Shown here: one piece after another, positions 22,279-31,694 of the stretch
Position numbering within the stretch: position 1 is the stretch's first letter
How the letters are laid out: every line of letters begins with the position of its first letter
Source: Corallochytrium limacisporum Hawaii
Lineage: Eukaryota; Protista; Pluriformea
NCBI GenBank assembly: GCA_002811645.1
Contig: PDIP01000033.1
Span: forward strand, 62,001 to 126,000
Direction of reading: 5' to 3'
DNA: 64,000 bases
Position numbers and translations under genes: made by a program
The notes under the pieces: generated by a model
Database searches by the model: none
Told to the model about the DNA's origin: nothing
Seen by the model: only the letters and a program-made list of their open reading frames with translations

Positions 22279-24453
22279 TTAGCGACTAACAGCGAGTTCC
22301 GTGATTAGTTCTCCACAGATTTTGAAGAACTCTTGGGTGAACCAGATCGGCTCTTCTTCAACAAGGGTGTTCCAGCGTTGGTTCGCTCGCTTGGGTGTCT
22401 CCGGGTCCTGTAAAAGCCCTGTGCTCTTGCGCACGATCGGGGTCAAGTCCCAACCCTCTCCCCCGGCCTTAGGCTCCTGCATCTGCGACTTGGCCTCCTG
22501 CAGGGCCGTCTCGGCGGCTTGCAAGTCCTTGTCCCGCCTCTCGGGATTGTCTTGGCTCTTGGACCGAGCCAGTTGCTGTGAAGTTGACCGCACGCGCTCT
22601 GGCCGCGGTACAACAGTAAGATTCTTGAAATCCAGCAAGAAATGCTTGTCGTCGACACGGTAGAGTTGCAACAGGATTTTGATGTCCATTTCAGTGTCTT
22701 TCTTTGCAGGACGCTTAGCCCACACTTGGTACGGTCCCACACACTTCCAGACATAGTTAAGTGCCTTAAGTGAGGCAAAGACCTCCTGCATGACATCCTC
22801 TGGCCGGTTCCTACTACGAATGCCAAGGTGCCACTTGGACTTGCGTCCACTGGCACGGATTTGTGACCAGGTGGGCGGTACCCGTCCCGTTTCGAGGTCC
22901 TGTTCTGTAACAAAGCTCATAGGGTCATGCACGTGCAAGGACTTACGGACCTGATCCGGATCCGTTACGTAGCGATCGGCATCAATAGGCACCGAGCGGT
23001 TGTCCATCGCCAAATGGTACGCAATCTTGAGCGCTGAGCGCGGGTCATCACTGTTCACGGCCTCGATAATTTCCTCGCGAGTCGCATTGCTGTTCTGCTG
23101 CACCTCGTCCAGGGCGGCTTCATCGAAAGTCTCTGTTCGTTCCTGCACGATGTGCGGCAGCAGATAGAGCGGCAGTTTCTCCAAGAACCATGGACTCTCG
23201 ATGATTTCCGCGATAGTTGCACGCTTCAGTGGGTTTACGTTCAGCGTGCGCACTAGAATCCGCGCTGCCCCTTCGCTGACATGGTCCGGAATAGTAAACT
23301 TTCCGGCTTTGATTTTTTTGAACAGATTCGGAATGTACTCGTCGTCGAACGGTAGCCGACCGCAAAGCAGGGCAAACAGAATGACACCACAGCTCCATAC
23401 ATCAACTTCCGGTCCCACGTACAGCTGCCCACTGATGACTTCCGGCGCTGCGTAGTTTGGTGATCCGCAAGATGTCTGCAGAAAGTCACCGTCCGTCATC
23501 ATGCAGCTCAAGCCAAAGTCCGCAATCTTAATATTCATGGCCGAGTCCAGCAGCAAGTTTTCCGGCTTCAAGTCACGATGGACAACCATGTGCCGGTGGC
23601 AATAGTCAATACCCGATATAATCTGTTGGAAGAACCGGCGTGCTTCGTTCTCGCTCAGGCGTCCGTGCTTGACAATGTAGTCGAATAGCTCTCCTCCGCT
23701 CACGTATTCCATAATCATGAAAATGTCTGTTGGCGTTGTGATGACTTCGTAGAGCTTGATAACATGAGGATGGCGGAAAAGCTTCAGGTTCTGAATCTCT
23801 CGCTTAATCTTTGACTTCATATCCAGGCTCTTAATCTTCTTCCGGTTCAGAATCTTTACCGCTACTTTGTGCTTGGTCAGAGTATGCTCAGCAATCTTTA
23901 CTTTACCGAATGTACCCACACCGAGAGTCTCGCCCAAAATGTACTGTCCAATCTGCAGGTGTCCCCGTGCGGCATCAATCGACTGTCCTCGGTTCACGGT
24001 CTCCAGGAACGGCGCCAGTGACTGCTGGCCATCCCCACTGGTACCGAACAGCCGTTCTCCCTGCACTCGGTAACCACTGACATCCTGACCAGAAGGTGCT
24101 GTGAACCGACCAGGGCTGACAGGAATGTTCCGTGCAGGCGATGCCCCAGCGGTCTTTGTAGTCTGTGGAACGGCCCGCCGTGCTGGACTCATAACCCCGG
24201 CTTGGATCGGTTCCCGTGCAGTAAGTGGGGATTGTGCTAGTTCTCTGCTTGTCCGCATCGGCTGCTTTTTCGTTTGCGGATTCAATGGCACACCTGCTGG
24301 TTGCGACCCGGTAGAAATGCCTGTCGAACGGGAGTCACTACTATTGGAAACGCCTGCACCGTCTTTGTTAGTGGTTCCCTTGTCATCGCCGTCTTTCTTG
24401 TTCTTTTCGTCAATAACCTTTTGGATATCGCTCATAAGCAATGGGTGTGCCAT
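22279..24453 (-). CDS. PRKAA: AMP-activated protein kinase catalytic alpha subunit (AMPK/SNF1)
   Basis: LGVGTFGKVK, REIQNLKLFRHPHVIKLY, HRDLKPEN, DFGLS..LQTSCGSPNYAAPE, a UBA/AID region and the C-terminal domain KWHLGIRS...LQLYRVD...LLDF. Confidence 0.97.
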   Translation of the reverse strand: MAHPLLMSDIQKVIDEKNKKDGDDKGTTNKDGAGVSNSSDSRSTGISTGSQPAGVPLNPQTKKQPMRTSRELAQSPLTAREPIQAGVMSPARRAVPQTTKTAGASPARNIPVSPGRFTAPSGQDVSGYRVQGERLFGTSGDGQQSLAPFLETVNRGQSIDAARGHLQIGQYILGETLGVGTFGKVKIAEHTLTKHKVAVKILNRKKIKSLDMKSKIKREIQNLKLFRHPHVIKLYEVITTPTDIFMIMEYVSGGELFDYIVKHGRLSENEARRFFQQIISGIDYCHRHMVVHRDLKPENLLLDSAMNIKIADFGLSCMMTDGDFLQTSCGSPNYAAPEVISGQLYVGPEVDVWSCGVILFALLCGRLPFDDEYIPNLFKKIKAGKFTIPDHVSEGAARILVRTLNVNPLKRATIAEIIESPWFLEKLPLYLLPHIVQERTETFDEAALDEVQQNSNATREEIIEAVNSDDPRSALKIAYHLAMDNRSVPIDADRYVTDPDQVRKSLHVHDPMSFVTEQDLETGRVPPTWSQIRASGRKSKWHLGIRSRNRPEDVMQEVFASLKALNYVWKCVGPYQVWAKRPAKKDTEMDIKILLQLYRVDDKHFLLDFKNLTVVPRPERVRSTSQQLARSKSQDNPERRDKDLQAAETALQEAKSQMQEPKAGGEGWDLTPIVRKSTGLLQDPETPKRANQRWNTLVEEEPIWFTQEFFKICGELITELAVSR

Positions 24454-24899
24454 GGCTGACTTCCCTACGACACCTCAAAACAATGGGAGGCTCTTTCCTT
24501 GTTTTCTTTTTTCCGAGTATTCTATGAGTTCGAGCGTCAAGTGGCCAAGTTAAAGAATCTACGAAACACCCAACATGCTACTTCGACAACAGTGCGTATC
24601 TCTCTTGACTGTACTGTATCTTCGTGCTTCTCCAGAAAATTCCTTCAGGACAATTTCCCTGAACACATTTTATTTTGTAGTCACTATTACAGGAGATCTC
24701 CTTGTGTTCTTTCTGAAGGCTGTATGTTGAAACCAGCAGATTCTGTGTGTTCATACTGGCGAATGCTGGGAATTTCATACCTTCGCATTCCGTAAACACC
24801 AAAGGAAAATACCCAAAAAATAATCCACACTGCCATCACTGTAACCCGAACGGTTCGTGCCCACAAGCCACCGCCGTAGGTCACTGACAATTGCTGACC

Positions 24900-25670
24900 A
24901 TGGCAACTTTGCTAGGCCCAATGGAAGGAAAACTATCCACAATAAAAAAACACGGCCACAAACAGAAAGCAACAAATCAAAGGCCGGCCAACCCCCACCC
25001 CCCCTCCCCCACTACCGCTTTCCTCCTTTATTTCTTTTTTGGCGTCAGCCCGGGCCACGAAACGACAGAGCCAAGAGCTAAAAAGGCTGGCGGAGAGGAG
25101 AGAGAGAGGGGAGAGAGGCAGAAGAGAGGAGAACCTCTCGGGAAGGGAGGGGGGGAGGGAGAGAGAGGGAGGGGGAGCGAGGCGACAGGGCGCGCACAGC
25201 ACACGCACACCGCGCAGAGTCAGAGAGACCGAGAGACACAGAGAGAGAGAGACACACACACACAGAGACAGAGAGAGAGAGACGGAGAGGGAGAAAGAGA
25301 GTGTGTGAGTGTGAGTGTGTGAGGCACGCCCGCCCGTCCCGGCTCCCTGCCCTCCTCCGTCCCTGCTTCTCCCGATCAGGCCATGTCATCACCACCGACC
25401 GATCTCAGGGGATGATGGCCTCAGAGCACACCGGCGACGTGTGTGCAAACGGTTCTTGTGGCTGTCGTGCGTTGGTTTTTAGATTTCTTTCTTTCTATGT
25501 TTCTACGTGCGGTACGTTTTCCTTCGGTGCAAATTAAAAAATAGCCAAGAATTTCATTCTTTTTTGTTGTTGTTGTTTTTTTTTGGTTTTGTTTTTGTTG
25601 AGAAATGCGTCTCGCCCTCCCTTCCTGGCTTGCTCGCTCTGGCACACCCCCCCTCCCCCCCCGGTACCAG
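24900..25670. repeat. Low-complexity block of (GA)n, (CA)n, (GT)n and homopolymers upstream of AMPK alpha
   Basis: Directly visible. Similar blocks lie at about 32.3-36.4, 39.8-41.4 and 46.9-48.9 kb. Confidence 0.9.
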
Positions 25671-26515
25671 CACCAGCCTCCCTTCGCCTTGCGCTGTGAA
25701 TGGATCGGTGTTTGGTACCGGTACTTTTCGTACTGTGCACCTTCGCTCTGTCGTAAATGAAAGAAACCTTTCCGGAAAGATCGTGGTTGTACCGGAAAGG
25801 CTCCCGCGAGGCCGCCGGGTCCCCGCCGGAGGGGAGGGGTCCGGTACGTACGTGCACACGCAAGCGGACAGACTGTAGTAGTAAATGTATTGGGAGATTG
25901 GTGACTTTGTGTTTGGGGGCCATGTTGAAAGGGTTTGAGAGTGGCACCCCAAGCATCAGATGCATCCCCTCCCCCGGGGCCGGGAGGATTCCAGTGATGA
26001 TCATCTCTAGCGGTATTTCAGTACTGAAACTGGTAAGAAATGGCCCTTTTTTGACTGGGGAGACCGAAGAGATTGGGTCCCACCGCGAACCGCAGCGACC
26101 CACGGCACCACTCTTCCTCTCCGGCGGCTGGTTGGTGTCCCCAGTCCAAAGAATGGGGAAATTGCGTAGTGAAACAAGGGCCACGGAATCGGGCTGCACC
26201 ATAACAGGCAGGATAAGCACCCGTTTCCAATTTCTTTTTTTGGTGGGGTAGAGGGAGAGAGGGAAGGGGCTGCCTATGCTAGGGCTATGAGGTTTTTTTC
26301 GTTTCGATTATATTTTTACTCTATTCTCTACGTTTTTATGCATTCCTTTTTGCTCAGTTCTTCGCGTGAAGTGAGACGGGCGAGGCAAGAACGAGGGTAG
26401 GGTATGAGCAGCGGAGGGGAAGGCCTGCCACGGGGAAGACGGGGGAAGCCGAGCCGCGGAGGCTACTGACCCCTCCCCTCCCTTCCCCCCCCCCCCGGGG
26501 GGAGGGGGGGGGTGC

Positions 26516-27460
26516 NNNNNNNNNNNNNNNNNNNNNNNNNNNNNNNNNNNNNNNNNNNNNNNNNNNNNNNNNNNNNNNNNNNNNNNNNNNNNNNNNNNNN
26601 NNNNNNNNNNNNNNNNNNNNNNNNNNNNNNNNNNNNNNNNNNNNNNNNNNNNNNNNNNNNNNNNNNNNNNNNNNNNNNNNNNNNNNNNNNNNNNNNNNNN
26701 NNNNNNNNNNNNNNNNNNNNNNNNNNNNNNNNNNNNNNNNNNNNNNNNNNNNNNNNNNNNNNNNNNNNNNNNNNNNNNNNNNNNNNNNNNNNNNNNNNNN
26801 NNNNNNNNNNNNNNNNNNNNNNNNNNNNNNNNNNNNNNNNNNNNNNNNNNNNNNNNNNNNNNNNNNNNNNNNNNNNNNNNNNNNNNNNNNNNNNNNNNNN
26901 NNNNNNNNNNNNNNNNNNNNNNNNNNNNNNNNNNNNNNNNNNNNNNNNNNNNNNNNNNNNNNNNNNNNNNNNNNNNNNNNNNNNNNNNNNNNNNNNNNNN
27001 NNNNNNNNNNNNNNNNNNNNNNNNNNNNNNNNNNNNNNNNNNNNNNNNNNNNNNNNNNNNNNNNNNNNNNNNNNNNNNNNNNNNNNNNNNNNNNNNNNNN
27101 NNNNNNNNNNNNNNNNNNNNNNNNNNNNNNNNNNNNNNNNNNNNNNNNNNNNNNNNNNNNNNNNNNNNNNNNNNNNNNNNNNNNNNNNNNNNNNNNNNNN
27201 NNNNNNNNNNNNNNNNNNNNNNNNNNNNNNNNNNNNNNNNNNNNNNNNNNNNNNNNNNNNNNNNNNNNNNNNNNNNNNNNNNNNNNNNNNNNNNNNNNNN
27301 NNNNNNNNNNNNNNNNNNNNNNNNNNNNNNNNNNNNNNNNNNNNNNNNNNNNNNNNNNNNNNNNNNNNNNNNNNNNNNNNNNNNNNNNNNNNNNNNNNNN
27401 NNNNNNNNNNNNNNNNNNNNNNNNNNNNNNNNNNNNNNNNNNNNNNNNNNNNNNNNNNNN
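26516..27460. other. Assembly gap (945 N) flanked by G/C homopolymer runs
   Basis: Run of N bases. Confidence 1.
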
Positions 27461-27790
27461 NAAGGGAGGGTGGGGGGGGTTTAGGTGGGGGGTGGATTGC
27501 GGCGGTGCCTACGCTATGCGTATTTGCATCACTGCTGAACACTTGGGGGGGGGGGCCGTTTGGACAGGTCGTGGGTTTTCCGCCCGAGGTCGAGGTCGGG
27601 CCTTGGAAGGGTTGGCCAATGCCCCGACATGTGAGTGTGCTAAGAAGTCACGCGGGTTAGTGAGGAGGTTCCACCATCATATCATGACATGGTGGCAAAG
27701 AGGGACCGAGCTGTAGAATGTGAAAATGACTGCATGTTGGTGTTGCATGCTCTGCTTTATTTTAAATTTGCAAGTCCCAATCTGTCGCGT

Positions 27791-30700
27791 TTAGTCCTTG
27801 CTCGGCGTAGACGTCAACGGGTCCGGTAAACGGGCCGTGGCCTGCTGCTGCTGCTGCTGCTGCTGCTGTGGCTGCGGTTGCGGCATTGGAGATGGTGCCG
27901 ACTGCTGTTGCTTGGGTGGCATGGCCATGGACTGTCCCGGAAATTGCGTCACCACGGGAGCTCCTCTGCTCAGGTCAGAGCTTGCACCGGCCCCGGCGTT
28001 GCCTTGGGTTTGCGGTGGCGGGTTTCCTTGAGCCATCTGTGACGACTGCTGCTGAGGGGGTGGTGCGTAGCCCTGCGATGGTGGACCGGACGGGGGCGCC
28101 TGCTGATACTGAGGTAATTGATACGGAGACCGTCCACGCTCCTGGTAAGGTTGTTGTGGTTGCTGCTGCGGCGGTCCGGATCCCGTGCTGCCCGTTGATC
28201 CTCGCGTCGCGCTAGGCTGTTGCTGCGGCGGTGGACCTTGCTGAGGCGGGGGATTCGGTGAGGAATCTGCATAGGCTCCCTGTTGGCTGCCCACGGGGTA
28301 GTTAGATGCCTGTGTCGGGGGCGGTGCCCGACTGTAGGCACCCTTTGATGCCGGAGGCATGGCCGCCGCGAACCCGCTGGGTGGTCCTTCTCCACTGAGC
28401 TGTTTGATGAGCATCCGGCAGTACGTGCTTTGCATGTCTGGTGCCATCTGCTTCAACATGGTCTTATACTCAGCGCTCACATCCGGGTGACCCATGACCC
28501 AGGCCATCATACTGGGTAGTTCCGGGTCCGGCTGGGTGCTTCCAAAGGCAGGCCGTGCAGCGTGTTGTTGTTGTTGCTGCTGCGGCTGCTGCTGCGACTG
28601 ATAGTCATATCCACTGGAACGGTTGCCCTCATAGGAACCGCTGTAGGAACCTGAACCCCGCGTGGATGTTCCGTTGCCCTGGGTCGGTGGTTTGAGAGTT
28701 TGGGTCGGTTTCGGACTGTTGTCCTCACTGCCAGCACCTTCGGACTTGGCCACTGCGGTCTTTTGGTCCTTGTCACTTCCAGATGAAGGACGAGGGGGCT
28801 CGCTCCGCGAATCACTGCCACGGGGTCGTGGGCCACCATAAGCCATGTATGCAGCAGACGGGTGACCACCATAGCCCATCATGCCTGGGGCAGGTCCTCC
28901 ATAACCGTATGGATGAGGTCCCGCCTGACTATAGTGCAGCGGTGGTGCACCACCTGGGTAGTTGGGAGCCATCATCGGGTGTCCGTAGGGCATCATGTTG
29001 TAGGGCGCGGGGTAGTTCTGGCCAGGGGGGCCCATTGGGGGACGGTACCCATAGCCAGGAGGAGGCATTCCGCCAGCCATGCCCGGATGCCCCGTCAGGC
29101 TACCTTCCATGCGCGGTGACTTGTTGTCTGATTTCTGGGGTGGTCCCTTTGCTACAGGCTGGCCGCTTGAATTCCGCATTGCTGGCGTTTTGTTCACAGA
29201 TGTACGCTCCGTTTTAGCAGCAATCTCCCGGGCAGATGGGGGAGTGGGAGGCTTGTCGCCTGGCTTGGTTTCAGCCTTGTTGTCACCAACCGCCCCTGCC
29301 TTGGTAACAGCTGCAGCCGCAGCAGCAGCATTGCCGCTCTTCGCCTGAGCAGCACTCTTCTTGGCACTATTGGCCTTCTTGATCGCATTTATCGCGTTCT
29401 TTTGGGCAGCAATGGCCGCCTGCTGCGCGAAAGAGTTCGGGGTCATGGACTGAGGCGGTCCCCCCGGATGGCCATACGGGGGCATGCCTGGACGGGCCGC
29501 CATACCAGCCGCGGCAGCCGCCATGTACGCCTCACTACCTGGGTGAGGGTAGGGTCCACGGGGACCCCACTGACCGCCCGCTGCCATGCCCGCGGACGGG
29601 GCAAACTGTGCCATGGCCATTGCTCTGGCGGCCTCGGCCGCGGCCTGAGCAGGGTCCATTTCCTGTTTGGTCCCAGCGTTGTTGCCCTTCTTACCCGACC
29701 CTTTACCTCCCGTAGCCTTGCCTCCACCAGCTTTGGCGGCAGCAACCTTGGCGGCAGCAGCTTTGGCTGCGGCGGCTTTGGCTGCGGCGGCTTTGGCTGC
29801 AGCGGCTTTGGCTGCAGCAGCTTTCGCTGCATTGGCTTTGGTGGCAGCAGCTTTCGCTGCGTTTGCCTTGGCCGCAGCTGCCGCCTTGGCCGCTGGTGAA
29901 GGACGCTTGGCCGACAGCTGCGGTGGCGGTAGGTTGCTCGAATTGAAGCTCGCGGCTGCTGCTGCTGCTGCTGCGGCCGCCGCGCCCGCAGCTGCACCTG
30001 CCGCCGCATCCACTCCGGAATTCTTTGCTTTCTTTGTCGCCTTCGCTGCTGGCTGTTCCTTGGCCTGCGCTGCCGGTCGTTTCTTTCCGTGATTCTGTGT
30101 TGCCTGTTTGGCCGCGGGAGGCGGCTCCGTGTCCATTACATCAACGTCTTCCTCTTCTTCCTGTACCGCTGGCTTACTCTTCGACTTCGACTTCGACCTG
30201 TTTGCAGTAGGCTTCTGCGGAACCACAACGTCCTCTTCCTCGTCTCCATCTTCTGCAGGTTTCAGAACAAACGAATTCCTGCCTGCATTCTCAAATGGAC
30301 ACTTTTTCCCTCCGTGCTTCGCCATTTCATAACGCAGAACCTCTGCCATCCGCCCGGCTTTAATGTCACCCTTGTCAATCAATTCCTCCAGCTGCAGATA
30401 CGAAATTATCTGTTGGGCCGACATGGCCGTTCCTTCATGCTCCTGCAGCGCCGTCACGGCGAATTCCACAATTTGTTTGTCGGAAATCTTTTCATCATGG
30501 TCGCTGCGGTGATTGTTCACGGCATTGCCCTTCGCCGATGGTTTCTTTTTGGAGCTTGACTTCTTCGACGGCATGTAGTCCAGGTCATGATTGTCATGCA
30601 TGGCATTCTGTTTCTGTTGGGATTTGATTGCTGCCTTGCGTGGGGGCAAGATCTGATTGGCGAGCTTCTCCTGCTCATCCTCTGCTCCCGATGACGACTT

Positions 30701-31642
30701 GCCTTCCGTGTCTTGCCGTCCCTTCTTGCGATTAGCCTTGGAATGGGGCTTGGATTCCTCTTTTGCGGATTCTGCCTTTGAATTGCCCGTGACAATGTCA
30801 GCGTCCAGTGGTTTCGACTTCGGTTTTGGGCGCTTTAATGACTTCTTTCCAAACCGCTTGCGAATCTGCTCGTACTCGTCTTCAAAGAGTTCATACGCGA
30901 CACATTTTTTCGCAATAACATCCCTTACCGGTGGCTCCGGGGGTGGTGGCGCGCCACGGCCTCTTCGTCTCGGCCCTTCCTCCGGCAAATCTTCCATGAG
31001 TACGTCAAACGGATTCAGCCACTGATCTGGTCCGATTTCAAAGCTGGCATTCACTTCATGCGTCTCCGGCCGCTGTGCGAAGACCCGACCGTAGTAGTAG
31101 CACTCCCGAGGTGGCCAGTATACGCGAATACGGTGGGCTAGCATGCTGCCCTCTTCACTGAAAAGCATTTCCTCTGCTCCCAGTGTGTCCTGGAGCTGCC
31201 GAGCATGCTCCAATGCGAGCGAAATGGTGGGATCATTGCAGAGCTCGCCGTCGTGCTCCTCCCCGGTAACAAAACTGTTGTCAATTTCGCCCAAGGGCAA
31301 GAAATTTGGCGTGTCTGTTCCAAAGTACTCAACGAGGACATCGTTCCATTCTTTAGTTCCGGGAGCATGCGGTGCTGCATTGCGGAAAAGTCGCGCAGGA
31401 AACCATCCCTTTTGTCCCTCACTGTCCCGCATGGCCCAGACAAGTTTGTACTCGACAAAGAAGCCCTCGCCCTCCGCTTGGCCTTCTTCGAGCTCTGTCA
31501 ATTGGCTGTCGTCGTCGTACAAGAGGTAAATTATACCGTCAATGTATCCGAGTACATAGCCCCTGCGCCACTGGTCCTCTTCGAGGCTGTAGAACTGCTG
31601 GCCTGCCCAGCGGAGCGAAGCCCCTTGCCGGTTGCTTGCCAT
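27791..31642 (-). CDS. Putative chromatin reader: Tudor-like/PWWP/Tudor-like, HARE-HTH and a long A/P/G/Q-rich disordered tail
   Basis: 1283-aa ORF with PWWP-like LVWAM...GWFPARL...VLVEYFG, Tudor-like RIRVYWPPRECYYYGRV, an ASXL-type winged helix (AVTALQEHEGTAMSAQQII...PFENAGRNSFVL) and basic NLS-like patches. Confidence 0.75.
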   Translation of the reverse strand: MASNRQGASLRWAGQQFYSLEEDQWRRGYVLGYIDGIIYLLYDDDSQLTELEEGQAEGEGFFVEYKLVWAMRDSEGQKGWFPARLFRNAAPHAPGTKEWNDVLVEYFGTDTPNFLPLGEIDNSFVTGEEHDGELCNDPTISLALEHARQLQDTLGAEEMLFSEEGSMLAHRIRVYWPPRECYYYGRVFAQRPETHEVNASFEIGPDQWLNPFDVLMEDLPEEGPRRRGRGAPPPPEPPVRDVIAKKCVAYELFEDEYEQIRKRFGKKSLKRPKPKSKPLDADIVTGNSKAESAKEESKPHSKANRKKGRQDTEGKSSSGAEDEQEKLANQILPPRKAAIKSQQKQNAMHDNHDLDYMPSKKSSSKKKPSAKGNAVNNHRSDHDEKISDKQIVEFAVTALQEHEGTAMSAQQIISYLQLEELIDKGDIKAGRMAEVLRYEMAKHGGKKCPFENAGRNSFVLKPAEDGDEEEDVVVPQKPTANRSKSKSKSKPAVQEEEEDVDVMDTEPPPAAKQATQNHGKKRPAAQAKEQPAAKATKKAKNSGVDAAAGAAAGAAAAAAAAAAASFNSSNLPPPQLSAKRPSPAAKAAAAAKANAAKAAATKANAAKAAAAKAAAAKAAAAKAAAAKAAAAKVAAAKAGGGKATGGKGSGKKGNNAGTKQEMDPAQAAAEAARAMAMAQFAPSAGMAAGGQWGPRGPYPHPGSEAYMAAAAAGMAARPGMPPYGHPGGPPQSMTPNSFAQQAAIAAQKNAINAIKKANSAKKSAAQAKSGNAAAAAAAVTKAGAVGDNKAETKPGDKPPTPPSAREIAAKTERTSVNKTPAMRNSSGQPVAKGPPQKSDNKSPRMEGSLTGHPGMAGGMPPPGYGYRPPMGPPGQNYPAPYNMMPYGHPMMAPNYPGGAPPLHYSQAGPHPYGYGGPAPGMMGYGGHPSAAYMAYGGPRPRGSDSRSEPPRPSSGSDKDQKTAVAKSEGAGSEDNSPKPTQTLKPPTQGNGTSTRGSGSYSGSYEGNRSSGYDYQSQQQPQQQQQQHAARPAFGSTQPDPELPSMMAWVMGHPDVSAEYKTMLKQMAPDMQSTYCRMLIKQLSGEGPPSGFAAAMPPASKGAYSRAPPPTQASNYPVGSQQGAYADSSPNPPPQQGPPPQQQPSATRGSTGSTGSGPPQQQPQQPYQERGRSPYQLPQYQQAPPSGPPSQGYAPPPQQQSSQMAQGNPPPQTQGNAGAGASSDLSRGAPVVTQFPGQSMAMPPKQQQSAPSPMPQPQPQQQQQQQQQATARLPDPLTSTPSKD
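29735..29895 (-). repeat. Coding 15-bp tandem repeat (AAAAK)n
   Basis: About 10 degenerate GCTTTGGCTGCGGCG units. Confidence 0.9.
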
Positions 31643-31644
31643 GT

Positions 31645-31694
31645 CTGTTCAACAAATGTGTTAAAATTTAGTCTCGACACGCTCCTAAACTTAC
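31645..31694 (-). other. Putative 50-nt spliceosomal intron in the 5' UTR, ending 2 nt before the ATG
   Basis: Minus strand reads GTAAGT...ACTAAATTTTAAC...GAACAG|acATG. Confidence 0.6.

Noticed and set aside
24893-24907. RFX X-box-like CTGACCATGGCAAC
   Set aside because: Only one good half-site and a single instance, which is insufficient support.
25991-26033. GTGATGA...CTGA with CCAG/CTGG flanks
   Set aside because: Too short for a snoRNA and the k-turn geometry is wrong; better explained as DNA palindromes.
26463-27660. ORFs spanning N-gaps (also at 34.2, 40.1 and 47.4 kb)
   Set aside because: Artefacts of X codons lacking stops.
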